A stretch of DNA of 64,000 nucleotides from Patescibacteria group bacterium (GCA_038064675.1 JBBTSM010000006.1:7776-71775); one strand, 5' to 3'. Shown: positions 55,418-64,000, counted from the stretch's first letter. Numbers and translations are program-made. The notes: a model not told the origin generated them from the sequence alone.

Positions 55418-55933
55418 ATGGTAGCAAAAAGGGGTCGAATCTTCAATATTCAATTGGGCTATACTACCCGCATGACTTCCCCTTCCGTCATCTATATCGG
55501 CGCAGATCACGCCGGATATGCGCTCAAAGAAAGCGTAAAGCGCCATCTTCAGGATCGGAACATTGATGTTGAAGACCTTGGTGCTCACGTTCTTGATATG
55601 AACGACGATTACCCGACGTATGCCGCTCGGGTGGCTGGGGTTGTGCGTGAAAACCCGCGATCGCTTGGCATCCTTGTCTGCGGCAGCGCCGAAGGCATCT
55701 GTATTGCGGCGAATAAGTTCGATGGGATCCGCGCCGGAATCGGATTCTCGATTCCCGCTGCACGAAGTCTGCGAAACGATGACGATGGGAACGTGCTCTG
55801 TCTGTCTGGTCGAATCGATGCCGTCGATAAGCCCCTCGCAATCGTCGATGCGTTTATCGATACCGGATTTTCTGGTGAAGAGCGGCATGAGCGGCGCGTG
55901 AAAGAGATTTCAAAAATTGAGGAAAACGAATAA
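55418..55933 (+). CDS. rpiB: ribose-5-phosphate isomerase B (RpiB/LacA family)
   Basis: SVIYIGADHAGYALKESVKRHLQDRNIDVEDLG and LGILVCGSAEGICIAANKFDGIRA, with the catalytic Cys. Confidence 0.85.
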   Translation: MVAKRGRIFNIQLGYTTRMTSPSVIYIGADHAGYALKESVKRHLQDRNIDVEDLGAHVLDMNDDYPTYAARVAGVVRENPRSLGILVCGSAEGICIAANKFDGIRAGIGFSIPAARSLRNDDDGNVLCLSGRIDAVDKPLAIVDAFIDTGFSGEERHERRVKEISKIEENE

Positions 55934-55937
55934 CACT

Positions 55938-56621
55938 ATGATCGAGGTCCTCCCAGGAATTCTCGCCCAAGACGCCACAGAGCTTCGGGAAAAACTCTTC
56001 TTCCCCGGCTTTTGGCAGCCTGGAATGACTGCACACGTGGATATTCTCGACGGAACAATGTTTGGCGCGACGTGTTTTTGTGATGCGGCGGCGATCGCAG
56101 CGGTCCCCACCTCCCCCTCCGGTCTGCCGACCATCGAACTCCACTGCATGGTCCAAAATCCCATGTCGATCATCGAACAATGGAAATCGATTGTGCCCGA
56201 AACGATTCGCGCCATCGTTCATGCGGAAATCGAAAGACCGATCGCACCAATTCTCGATCAAATTCGCGAGCTCGAGCTTGAGACTGGCGTCGCGCTGTGT
56301 CCAAGAACATCGCCAGACATTCTTGGAGATCTTCCACAGCTTCCGGATCGTGTCCTCATTATGGGTGTGGAACCGGGAGCGTCGGGGCAAACATTTCTTA
56401 GCGAACCAATTCTTGCAAAAATCCGCAGAACACGATCGCTGTATCACTCACTTACCATTGCGGTCGATGGCGGGATGAATATGGAAACCGCACCATCCGC
56501 TGTTTCGGCTGGAGCGAATGCATTCATCGCTACACACGCAATTTGGTCTGAAAAACGGCCTCACGACGCATATCAACATCTCACACACAGCACTCCGCTT
56601 CCCGGCATTCACAAGATTTGA
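55938..56621 (+). CDS. rpe: ribulose-phosphate 3-epimerase (ORF opens at TTG 55917, overlapping rpiB)
   Basis: Block pattern HVDILDG, LHCMV, MGVEPGASGQTF, VDGG, AGANAFIATHAIW matches Rpe. Confidence 0.7.
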   Translation: MIEVLPGILAQDATELREKLFFPGFWQPGMTAHVDILDGTMFGATCFCDAAAIAAVPTSPSGLPTIELHCMVQNPMSIIEQWKSIVPETIRAIVHAEIERPIAPILDQIRELELETGVALCPRTSPDILGDLPQLPDRVLIMGVEPGASGQTFLSEPILAKIRRTRSLYHSLTIAVDGGMNMETAPSAVSAGANAFIATHAIWSEKRPHDAYQHLTHSTPLPGIHKI

Positions 56622-56646
56622 TATCATCATAGTAACAATATCTTCT

Positions 56647-57447
56647 ATGACTAAACGAGCATTTTCGTTCATTGGTTCTTTTGTCGCCATTGCTGCCATT
56701 ATTGGCGCGGTAGGTCTGTGGCACACAGATCGCGTTCAAGCATCGTCCACCGTTGTGTCGGGCGACTTGATCCGCGGCACATCGTTCTCCGCCGTGTATT
56801 ACATGGGCGCCGACGGTTTCCGCTATGTTTTTCCAAACGACAAGACGTATTTCACTTGGTATAGCAACTTCGACAGCGTGAAGTTCCTTTCCGACGCCGA
56901 TCTCGCAAATATCCAGATGGGCGGAAACGTCACCTACAAGCCAGGAAGCAAAATGATCAAGATTAACTCTGATCCAAAAACCTACGCGATCAGTGCAGGT
57001 GGCGTACTCCGCCACGTCACCAGTGAATCCGTTGCAACAACGCTCTACGGCAGCACATGGAACACAAAAATCGACGACGTACCAGATGGATTCTTCAGCA
57101 ACTACAGCATCGGTGCTGCGATTGAATCGTCGAGCGACTATTCATCAACAACCGAAACTGCAGCCGCAACCAGCATCAATACCGACAAAGATCTCACCGC
57201 TCCAGCAAACATCAGCATCACGAGCAACGGCTACAGCCCAATCGACGTCACGATCAGCGCCGGAGAAACCGTCACGTTCACAAACACGGACAGCGAAAAG
57301 CACACTGCAACGAGTGACGATCTCTCATGGGGCACCGGCACCATGGAAGCTGGTGGAACATTCACCCATCGTTTCTCTGAAGGAGGAACCTATACCTTCT
57401 TCGATAGCTACGACAGCGGCAACACCGGCGCGATCTACGTTCAATAA
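56647..57447 (+). CDS. secreted hypothetical protein with C-terminal beta-sandwich-like domain
   Basis: Signal/TM MTKRAFSFIGSFVAIAAIIGAVGLW. Start set at the internal ATG of ORF 56518-57447. Confidence 0.45.
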   Translation: MTKRAFSFIGSFVAIAAIIGAVGLWHTDRVQASSTVVSGDLIRGTSFSAVYYMGADGFRYVFPNDKTYFTWYSNFDSVKFLSDADLANIQMGGNVTYKPGSKMIKINSDPKTYAISAGGVLRHVTSESVATTLYGSTWNTKIDDVPDGFFSNYSIGAAIESSSDYSSTTETAAATSINTDKDLTAPANISITSNGYSPIDVTISAGETVTFTNTDSEKHTATSDDLSWGTGTMEAGGTFTHRFSEGGTYTFFDSYDSGNTGAIYVQ

Positions 57448-57452
57448 AGAAG

Positions 57453-57565
57453 CTTTCTCATTTGGCCGATTTTGGGCTTGCCTCATGGCAAACTTGCTCA
57501 ACGTACCCATGAAGTACGCCTCACAAGATTTGCTCGATGCGCACCCAAACTCGTCACAAATGAAA
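57453..57565 (+). repeat. copy C of the ~100-nt conserved noncoding element, in the leader of the transketolase N-subunit gene
   Basis: tttggccgattttgggcttgc...gctcaacgtacccatgaagtacgcctcacaagatttgctcgatgcgcacccaaactcgtc. Confidence 0.5.
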
Positions 57566-57639
57566 AACCTTCTGTCAGATCGGTTCAAAAATCACTCGCA
57601 ACACTGCGAGTGATTTTTGTTTCTTGATATACTTCGGCT

Positions 57640-58524
57640 ATGCCACAACGTCGACACACCATTTCCGCCATTACCGATGGCGACGTCCGCAAACTCGAGC
57701 TCATCGCGAATAGCATCCGTGAGGATATTTTAAAGATGCTTCTTACTGCGGGCAGCGGCCATAGTGCCGGACCTCTTGGAATGGCAGATATCTTCACCGC
57801 CCTCTACTTTCACATTCTCCATCACAACCCGAAGCGGCCAACATGGGACGAGCGCGATCGGTTATTTCTGAGCAACGGTCATATTGTCCCTGTTCGCTAC
57901 GCCACCATGGCACACGCTGGCTACTTCCCCATCGACGGACTCAAAACTCTACGAAAGTTCGGTTCTCGCCTTCAAGGACATCCGGAAATGCGATTTCTCC
58001 CGGGGCTCGAAAACACGTCCGGCCCGCTCGGTGATGGATCGTCGCAAGCTGTTGGCGCCGCATACGTCGCAAAAATGGATGGATCACCATGGCACACGTA
58101 TTGCGTCATGAGCGACGGCGAACTGGAATGTGGAATTACGTGGGAAGCTGCGCTCTTCGCCGCGAAAAATCAGCTGAACAATCTCACGTGGATCATCGAC
58201 CGCAACAACATCCAAATCGACGGCTATACAGAAGATATCATGCCGCTTGAACCACTCCACGATAAATTTACCGCATTCGGCTGGAATGTTCTGGAGATTG
58301 ATGGCCACAATATTCGCGACATCATCAATGCCTGCGACCGTGGAGAAAGTACCTGGGAGGCACCAACGGTCATTATCGCCCATACCATTCCCGGCAAAGG
58401 CGTCAGTTTCATGGAATGCGAGCCGAGTTGGCACGGAAAGCCACCGAAAGACCGAAAAGAACTTGGTGCAGCACTCAAGGAATTACGAACCTTAGGAGGA
58501 AAAATATCTAACGAAAGTCTATGA
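57640..58524 (+). CDS. transketolase, N-terminal (TPP-binding) subunit of a split transketolase
   Basis: MLLTAGSGHSAGPLGMADIFTALYFHILHHNP...GHPE... matches transketolase N-terminal-section signatures. Confidence 0.85.
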   Translation: MPQRRHTISAITDGDVRKLELIANSIREDILKMLLTAGSGHSAGPLGMADIFTALYFHILHHNPKRPTWDERDRLFLSNGHIVPVRYATMAHAGYFPIDGLKTLRKFGSRLQGHPEMRFLPGLENTSGPLGDGSSQAVGAAYVAKMDGSPWHTYCVMSDGELECGITWEAALFAAKNQLNNLTWIIDRNNIQIDGYTEDIMPLEPLHDKFTAFGWNVLEIDGHNIRDIINACDRGESTWEAPTVIIAHTIPGKGVSFMECEPSWHGKPPKDRKELGAALKELRTLGGKISNESL

Positions 58525-59501
58525 CCCGTACCCCATCGTTCCTTGCACGCATCGCTCGACTCATGCTCATTACCGGCCTAGTGCTCGTCGCGCTCATTTT
58601 GCTCGCAACATATGCAAGCATGCCACGACCGTCTTCCATGATGAGCTGGTGGGATAAAACCGAACGGAACGCTGTCACAAGCTCGTCGTCCGGGAGCGTC
58701 AGTGCATCGGATTCCTTCGGCGGAGGAATGATGGGATACGCCATCGCGCCAGAAACCGCACCGGCGCCATCAGCGACTACAACAACGGACGTTTCAACAA
58801 CGACAACCGTGGATCAGCGCGTCATTAAAACAGGATCGATCGACATGACATCGAACGACGTGCCATCAACGGTAAGCCTCGTTTCGAACCTCGCAACAAT
58901 ACGGGGTGGCTTTGTTCAAACATCCTCAACGAGCGACGATGAACAAGGAAAAACCTCGGCATACATTGTTCTTCGAGTTCCTTCCGGCGATTTTGATGCA
59001 ACGATGACCGACATTAAAGGGTTTGGCGTGCATGTAAATAACGAATCGATTTCCGGTGAAGACGTCACAGAACAGTTCACCGACGTTTCCGCTCGGCTCG
59101 CCGCTGCGAAGGCGCAGGAAGAGCAATATCTCATCATTCTCAAGAGTGCCACCACCGTTGGCGAAGTTCTCGCTGTTCAAGAACATCTTGCGATTGTTCG
59201 TGCAGACATCGAATCACTTCAGGGCCAAGTCAACTACCTCACCAACCGCACCGATCTCGCAACGATCAGCATCGTGGTTTCTGAAGAGCCAACCGCAGAG
59301 ACCGCGAGCGACAGCAAATTCGATCCTGCGCGCGATGCAAACTCTGCAGTCGCTCTCGTTATTACCCTTGGTCAGCATGCACTTTCCGTGCTGATCTGGG
59401 CGGCTATCATCGGTACCGCCGTCGGCATTCCTGTTGGTCTTGTTGCATTCATCTACTGGCTCATCACTCGTCGTCGAGATGTTTCAAAGCGCAGAAAGTA
59501 A
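58521..59501 (+). CDS. DUF4349-like membrane-anchored protein with coiled coil
   Basis: N-terminal TM, central coiled coil (RLAAAKAQEEQYLIILKSATTVGEVLAVQEHLAIVRADIESLQGQVNYL), C-terminal TM. 4-nt overlap with the transketolase N-terminal gene. Confidence 0.5.
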   Translation: MTRTPSFLARIARLMLITGLVLVALILLATYASMPRPSSMMSWWDKTERNAVTSSSSGSVSASDSFGGGMMGYAIAPETAPAPSATTTTDVSTTTTVDQRVIKTGSIDMTSNDVPSTVSLVSNLATIRGGFVQTSSTSDDEQGKTSAYIVLRVPSGDFDATMTDIKGFGVHVNNESISGEDVTEQFTDVSARLAAAKAQEEQYLIILKSATTVGEVLAVQEHLAIVRADIESLQGQVNYLTNRTDLATISIVVSEEPTAETASDSKFDPARDANSAVALVITLGQHALSVLIWAAIIGTAVGIPVGLVAFIYWLITRRRDVSKRRK

Positions 59502-59506
59502 CTCGA

Positions 59507-59540
59507 CCCCCTCCTTACTCCCCCTTGGTAAGGGGGAGAG
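59507..59540. repeat. GC-rich palindromic element copy (c): cccctccttactcccccttggtaagggggagag, upstream of the DUF559 gene
   Basis: Same architecture (CCCCTCC-NN-CTCCCCC-loop-GGGGGAG) with a different loop. Confidence 0.65.
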
Positions 59541-59561
59541 TTATCGACTGAATCTGATCTC

Positions 59562-59948
59562 ATGACACGGATATACAATCAGGAATGGAGTATAGAACGA
59601 CGAAAATCCATGCGATCAAACATGACCGGACCGGAACAGTTGCTATGGAAAGCGCCGAGAGGAGAATCGCTCGGTATAAAGTTTCGACGACAATTCGGCA
59701 TTGGTCCATATATCGCGGATTTTTACTCTCCAAGGAATAAGCTCGTCATCGAAATCGACGGAGGATCACACGCACACCCAAATGCACGAACCTACGATGA
59801 CGAGCGTGACGCTTTCATGATCGGTCTTGGAATAAACGTTTTGCGTTTCTCAAATCACGAAGTCCTTTCAAATATCGACGATGTTCTTCTTCGAATTCAG
59901 GAGGCGATACCCCTCCCCCTTGCCAAGGGGGAGTCGGAGGGGGTTTAG
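59562..59948 (+). CDS. DUF559 / Vsr-like endonuclease-domain protein
   Basis: 128 aa: LLWKAPRGESLGIKFRRQFGIGPYIADFYSPRNKLVIEIDGGSHAHPNARTYDDERDAFMIGLGINVLRFSNHEVL matches the DUF559 pattern. The C-terminal 12 aa are encoded by a palindromic repeat copy. Confidence 0.75.
   Translation: MTRIYNQEWSIERRKSMRSNMTGPEQLLWKAPRGESLGIKFRRQFGIGPYIADFYSPRNKLVIEIDGGSHAHPNARTYDDERDAFMIGLGINVLRFSNHEVLSNIDDVLLRIQEAIPLPLAKGESEGV
59911..59945. repeat. GC-rich palindromic element copy (d), inverted relative to (c), forming the 3' end of the DUF559 CDS
   Basis: ccctcccccttgccaagggggagtcggaggggg; its reverse complement begins ccccctccgact... Confidence 0.65.
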
Positions 59949-59965
59949 AATGTTACAATACGCGC

Positions 59966-60952
59966 ATGTCCACCCTCGCCAGCGCAAAACTCGTCAAAGA
60001 TCTCTTTGCGAAAACCATCAAAACCGAACCAACGCGGAATGGTTTTGGTCGAGGGTTGGTTGAAGCTGGGATACGGAACGAATCCGTGGTGGCACTCTGT
60101 GCAGACTTGAGCGAATCCACTCGCGTGCTCGATTTTAAGAACGCATTTCCGGATCGGTACGTTCAGATGGGTGTTTCCGAACAATCGCTTGCGGCTATCG
60201 CTTCCGGCATGGCACTCGCAGGAAAGATTCCATTCATCGCAAGCTATGCCGCATTCTCCCCTGGCAGAAATTGGGAGCAAATCCGTACTACGGGATGCTT
60301 GCAAAACGTGAATCTCAAAATCGCTGGGGCTCACGCCGGCGTTTCCGTTGGCCCAGATGGCGCAACACATCAAATGACCGAGGATATCGCACTCATGCGC
60401 GTGTTGCCGAACATGACGGTTCTTGTGCCGTGTGATGCGATTGAGGCAGAGAAGGCAACCATCGCCGCAGCCGAAATCGATGGACCAGTCTACATTCGCC
60501 TTGGTCGTGAGGCGACACCGATCTTCACTACAGAAAAGTCCCCTTTCGAAATCGGTAAGGCGCAAGTTCTGACGAAGGGAAACGATGTTGCGATTATCGC
60601 CTGTGGCCCTCAAGTCTACGAAGCGCTCAAAGCGGCACGCGATCTCGAAAAATCTGGAATCGATGCGCGCGTGATCAATTGTGTCTCGATCAAACCTCTC
60701 GATAAGGAGACGATCGTAAAGGCAGCGAAAGAATGCGGCGCAGTCGTAACTGTCGAAGAAGCGCAGATCGCCGGCGGCATGGGCAGCGCAGTGTGCGAGC
60801 TACTGTCGGAAGAATGCCCTGTGCCGATCATAAGAATCGGAATGAACGATACATTTGGGCAGTCTGGAACACCGGATGAACTCCTTGAACACTATCACCT
60901 CACTGCAGCGTGGATTGTGAAGGCGGCAAAGCAAGCCATGAAACGACGATAG
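59966..60952 (+). CDS. transketolase, C-terminal (pyrimidine-binding + C-terminal domain) subunit
   Basis: FGRGLVEAGIRNESVVALCADLSESTRV...MGVSEQSLAAIASGMALAGKIPF matches transketolase C-terminal-section signatures. Confidence 0.85.
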   Translation: MSTLASAKLVKDLFAKTIKTEPTRNGFGRGLVEAGIRNESVVALCADLSESTRVLDFKNAFPDRYVQMGVSEQSLAAIASGMALAGKIPFIASYAAFSPGRNWEQIRTTGCLQNVNLKIAGAHAGVSVGPDGATHQMTEDIALMRVLPNMTVLVPCDAIEAEKATIAAAEIDGPVYIRLGREATPIFTTEKSPFEIGKAQVLTKGNDVAIIACGPQVYEALKAARDLEKSGIDARVINCVSIKPLDKETIVKAAKECGAVVTVEEAQIAGGMGSAVCELLSEECPVPIIRIGMNDTFGQSGTPDELLEHYHLTAAWIVKAAKQAMKRR

Positions 60953-60954
60953 GT

Positions 60955-62214
60955 ATGTATGAAGATCACTTTTTACCCCATGAAGGGCTGAAGGTTCCGG
61001 AACCTTCGGCCGCTGAAGGCCTAGAGCGCTACCATGAAAAATTGCACGCCCTGCAATTTTTGCACTTGCGATCGCCAGCGACCGAATACGACGATGAACG
61101 CCGAGGAGAGCAGCCAATGCCACATCAAAACACCGAAGCCCGATGGAATACCGTTCTTGAAACGGTAACCACAACACTCACAACCGACGACGCCTGGAGC
61201 AGTGATCGATTGATGCGGGGCCTTGTTGAAAACACGTGTATTGGCGTCCTTCGCGAATTCCCGCACTGGAATACCAACGCTCGACTAAACGGGCGACTTT
61301 TAACGCTGCTGGATACCGCGATAATTTCTGCGCGAGAACACGCCGGCGAACATGACGATCTCGACATCGTGAGCGAAAATACGCTCGACGAACTCATTAG
61401 CTCACCAGAAGCCAATCCCCTTCTCCGACGCAAGGCCGAGGCGATGCTGTCGAGAAATACTAACTGGTGGCCACCAGACGCAGGGTTGCGCCGAGAGATC
61501 CTTACGCGGTTCAAGGCTCCATACGAACTCAATGGGAAAACCCACTGGGAAGGACTCGCCGAAGGCGTAACTGATCAAGATCTTCTTGCCATACCTGAAC
61601 CATGGTTTGACGAAGAGGCGGTGGTGGAATTTTTATGGGAAAAGCAGGTGCGAGCGCAAGAAGACTCCGCGCTACGCAAGTCGTCCGATGATCCAGCGCT
61701 CGTGATCGTCAAACTCTCTCCCGAAAACGTTGGCGCGTACGATCGCATGGGTCGACTTGTAGGTGTACGAGACGCCGAGTACGGAGCGGTCACTCCACTC
61801 GCTCAACATCCAGACCTCGTGCGACCAGATGTTGCAGAAGATATTGCTTTTACGTTTGATCTTGGCATGCGAACGCAGCTCAGCAAAGATTTCGGTTTTC
61901 CAATCGAACACCTCACACTTCGCGAACAGGTTTCTCTTATTGGAACACTCAGAGAAATCACCTGGGTGCTCGGCCCCCAGTCCACGGCGATGGACGAAGC
62001 CGAGAAATTCCTCCGTGAAAAGGGGGAGAAGATCGCCTACGCCTGGAAAGGTGAGCGGCGAGCGCTCCCCGGAGAGTCGCAATGCGGCGTCGGAGGATGG
62101 GACCACACCGGGTCACTCGTCATGGTGGATGCTCTCGTTGAACTCACGGGGTATCGCATCACCACCGCAGGCCAAGTGCCTGCGCAGTGGGCGCGACTGC
62201 GCAAGCAAACCTGA
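60955..62214 (+). CDS. hypothetical protein (start MYEDHF chosen 2 nt after the transketolase C stop; ORF opens at 60910)
   Basis: About 420 aa, acidic, no motif recognised. Confidence 0.4.
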   Translation: MYEDHFLPHEGLKVPEPSAAEGLERYHEKLHALQFLHLRSPATEYDDERRGEQPMPHQNTEARWNTVLETVTTTLTTDDAWSSDRLMRGLVENTCIGVLREFPHWNTNARLNGRLLTLLDTAIISAREHAGEHDDLDIVSENTLDELISSPEANPLLRRKAEAMLSRNTNWWPPDAGLRREILTRFKAPYELNGKTHWEGLAEGVTDQDLLAIPEPWFDEEAVVEFLWEKQVRAQEDSALRKSSDDPALVIVKLSPENVGAYDRMGRLVGVRDAEYGAVTPLAQHPDLVRPDVAEDIAFTFDLGMRTQLSKDFGFPIEHLTLREQVSLIGTLREITWVLGPQSTAMDEAEKFLREKGEKIAYAWKGERRALPGESQCGVGGWDHTGSLVMVDALVELTGYRITTAGQVPAQWARLRKQT

Positions 62215-62248
62215 CACCCCTCCTCTACTCCCCCTAGGGCGTAGAGGC
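62214..62248. repeat. degenerate palindromic element copy (f) immediately after the 60955-62214 CDS stop
   Basis: cccctcctctactccccctagggcgtagagg: same left half, diverged right arm. Confidence 0.4.
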
Positions 62249-62424
62249 CTTCATGAATACCGAACGTATGCTGTCGGAATTTCTCATGCCTCTCTCTCGG
62301 CGTGCGAATCTTTCGTTCGTATGTACGGTATTCCTGAGGATCCCCCAGCAATATGTTGAGGGATTTCTGTATAGGGAAAACTCTTTCAAAGTCGCTGTAT
62401 CTCTCTCACAGCGGTTTTCATCAA

Positions 62425-62457
62425 ACACCACCCAGCAATGGGTGGTGTTTGTGTTTT
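62425..62457 (+). terminator. Rho-independent terminator
   Basis: acaccaccc-agcaat-gggtggtgt hairpin followed by ttgtgtttt. Confidence 0.6.
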
Positions 62458-62499
62458 AACGCAGCGAACGACGGCACGCGTGGCCGTCGTTCTTCGTTC

Positions 62500-62775
62500 C
62501 TAGGCGGCCGAAGCCACCGAAATGTTGCCGGTCGATGCAGTGTTGCACTCCTTCATGAGGATGCTCTTCGCCAGCGAAAGCGCCGAACCCGGGCGATCGC
62601 ACCTGATGTGGTCCAACACTTGCAACGTTTGGGGATGATCCACAAGCGCAGCGTGAAAGTCGTCCCACATGCCAGTTACCGCTTTTGTCAGCGGCCGGCC
62701 GTCGAGCTCATCGACGGCGATCTGAAGTTCTTGAACGAGTTCTTTCAACAACAGCAGATTCATTTCTAGCCCCAC
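62500..62775 (-). CDS. small hypothetical protein
   Basis: 91-aa ORF. Followed on its strand by a hairpin gaacgacggc-acgcgtg-gccgtcgttc (62468-62494). Confidence 0.25.
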   Translation of the reverse strand: MGLEMNLLLLKELVQELQIAVDELDGRPLTKAVTGMWDDFHAALVDHPQTLQVLDHIRCDRPGSALSLAKSILMKECNTASTGNISVASAA

Positions 62776-62846
62776 GTTGGAGATTTAGCACCGAAACCGC
62801 ACTCAGATTAGCAAAAAAATGAGTTTTTGTCTACACTACGCGCCAT

Positions 62847-63554
62847 ATGGAACTCATGCGTCTCAACAAATATCTCGTGGATGCTGGGATTTGCTCCCGC
62901 CGGGAAGCAGATCGGTTGATGGTGGCTGGGAAAATCGTGGTCGATGGGAAAAAGGCGGAGCTTGGAATAAAGGTCAATGGGACCGAATCTATTACCGTGA
63001 ACGGCAAACGCGTGGCCCAACCAAGCCAGAAACGGGTGTATCTCGCGTATCACAAACCCGTCGGGATCATCTGTACGTCGGATCCAAAGGCAAAGGACAA
63101 TATCATTGAGGCTGTGGCCTATCCGGAGCGCATTTTTCACATTGGCCGTTTGGACGTGGCATCGTCTGGCTTGATTTTGCTTACGAATGACGGCGACATC
63201 GTGAATAAGATTCTTCGCGCAGAGGGCAAGCACGAAAAGGAGTACGTCGTCACCATCGACCGCGCTGTTACCGATGACTTCGTTCATCAGATGTCGACGG
63301 GAATCGAAATCATGGGCCGGAAAACCTATCCAGCAAAAGTGGAGAAGCTCGGCGACATGAGTTTTGCGATTACCCTCGTTGAAGGCAAGAACCGCCAAAT
63401 TCGCCGCATGTGTGAGGCGATGCATGTGAACGTCAAAAACCTTGAGCGTATCCGCGTGATGAATGTTGAACTTGGCGGACTCCCTCAGGGAAAGTGGCGC
63501 CATCTCACACCGGGCGAGGAAAAGGAACTTCTCGCGATGTTGGGACCGAGATAA
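62847..63554 (+). CDS. rRNA pseudouridine synthase, RsuA/RluB family (S4 domain + PseudoU_synth_2)
   Basis: MRLNKYLVDAGICSRREADRLMVAGKIVVDG (S4), GRLDVASSGLILLTNDGDI catalytic Asp motif, NRQIRRM. Confidence 0.8.
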   Translation: MELMRLNKYLVDAGICSRREADRLMVAGKIVVDGKKAELGIKVNGTESITVNGKRVAQPSQKRVYLAYHKPVGIICTSDPKAKDNIIEAVAYPERIFHIGRLDVASSGLILLTNDGDIVNKILRAEGKHEKEYVVTIDRAVTDDFVHQMSTGIEIMGRKTYPAKVEKLGDMSFAITLVEGKNRQIRRMCEAMHVNVKNLERIRVMNVELGGLPQGKWRHLTPGEEKELLAMLGPR

Positions 63555-63646
63555 CGGTTAATCGCTAGCGCTTGGTTAATCGGGATTACCCTTGGTTAAA
63601 TGGTTATCCGGAATAACCGTTTTCACCGCCTTAACCGCTTAACCCT

Positions 63647-64000
63647 ATGTTCTTTTTCTGGATACTTTTCGTCATCGTAGGCACCATGGCATGGGGCTCC
63701 ATTCTTGCGGCTCCGTGGGTGCCAACCCTTTCGGCGCAAAGGAAGTTGTTGGTTGATAGTCTCGTCATACCTCCCCCCGACCCCCTCCTTCGAAAGGAGG
63801 GGGAGAAATCGGTGACCATTTACGATCTCGGCTGCGGATCCGGATCGATTCTCTTCGAATTCGCCGATCGGTATCCAAACGCTCGTTGCATCGGCTACGA
63901 CGTTGCGCTTCTTCCCCTTTTCATCGGAATGATGGTGAAACTTCGTCATCCGATAAAATATAAAAACGTTTCACTCCGATTTGGAAATTTCTTCAAGAAA
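63647..64000 (+). CDS. class I SAM-dependent methyltransferase with N-terminal TM helix (3' end truncated by window)
   Basis: Manual translation: MFFFWILFVIVGTMAWGSILAAPW...SVTIYDLGCGSGSILFEFADRYPNARCIGYDV (motif I). A palindromic repeat copy encodes PPPDPLLRKEGEK in-frame. Confidence 0.5.
   Translation, partial: MFFFWILFVIVGTMAWGSILAAPWVPTLSAQRKLLVDSLVIPPPDPLLRKEGEKSVTIYDLGCGSGSILFEFADRYPNARCIGYDVALLPLFIGMMVKLRHPIKYKNVSLRFGNFFKK
63770..63806. repeat. GC-rich palindromic element copy (e), in-frame inside the partial methyltransferase CDS
   Basis: cctccccccgaccccctccttcgaaaggagggggagaaa: perfect ccccctcctt/aaggaggggg stem. Confidence 0.6.

Noticed and set aside
62253-62459. 68-aa plus ORF between the 60955-62214 gene and the terminator
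   Set aside because: It overlaps the degenerate palindromic copy and the terminator hairpin and has low-complexity sequence. It is more likely noncoding.
1-64000. CRISPR array, cas genes, transposase, integrase, prophage or rRNA genes
   Set aside because: I found no regularly spaced direct-repeat array, no recognisable Cas, transposase or integrase motifs, and no rRNA-like long ORF-free segments.

Overview
This 64 kb window is a gene-dense bacterial chromosomal fragment, about 50-53 % GC, with three short high-GC islets and one AT-rich islet. The content fits a small-genome, episymbiont-like lineage (Patescibacteria/CPR-like). That lineage call is an inference from short tightly packed and often overlapping genes, a split transketolase, a DsbA/VKOR pair, a DUF559 gene, TrbC/VirB2-like and DUF4012/DUF11 proteins, and many standalone tRNAs. 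I recognise five aminoacyl-tRNA synthetases: valS-tyrS-argS in tandem on the minus strand, plus trpS and ileS. Other housekeeping genes include yidC, nusA, ruvA, rplS, secG, cca, two rRNA pseudouridine synthases, rpiB-rpe, a YraN-family endonuclease and a bactofilin. There are six tRNA genes, all with encoded CCA (Ala-GGC, Val-TAC, Leu-GAG, Val-GAC, Ile-TAT, Leu-CAG), and an RNase P RNA. A cell-envelope polysaccharide locus spans roughly 33.4-44.5 kb: a WbaP-like priming transferase, three GT4 glycosyltransferases, a DUF4012-like protein and a DUF11-like surface protein. An AT-rich HExxH gene is inserted in that locus. Other notable genes are a Cys-rich TrbC/VirB2-like protein with its own DsbA, a NOX/ferric-reductase-like membrane oxidoreductase, a FemXAB aminoacyltransferase and a PlsC-like acyltransferase. 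The most unusual sequence-level observations are: (i) a family of GC-rich palindromic elements (CCCCTCC..CTCCCCC-loop-GGGGGAG..). Three copies sit in-frame inside protein-coding genes, and an inverted pair flanks a DUF559 endonuclease gene that splits the transketolase operon. (ii) A ~100-nt conserved noncoding element present three times. (iii) Three high-GC islets (about 17.6-19.0, 31.9-32.9 and 51.5-51.95 kb) and one low-GC islet (about 37.1-38.5 kb) that look horizontally acquired; one high-GC islet starts at a perfect sigma70 promoter. I did not recognise any CRISPR array, transposase/integrase, prophage or rRNA gene. I cannot name a single planted novel system with confidence; my best candidates are the palindromic-element family and the compositionally deviant islets. 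All coordinates of manually located RNA genes and repeats may be off by 1-2 nt.
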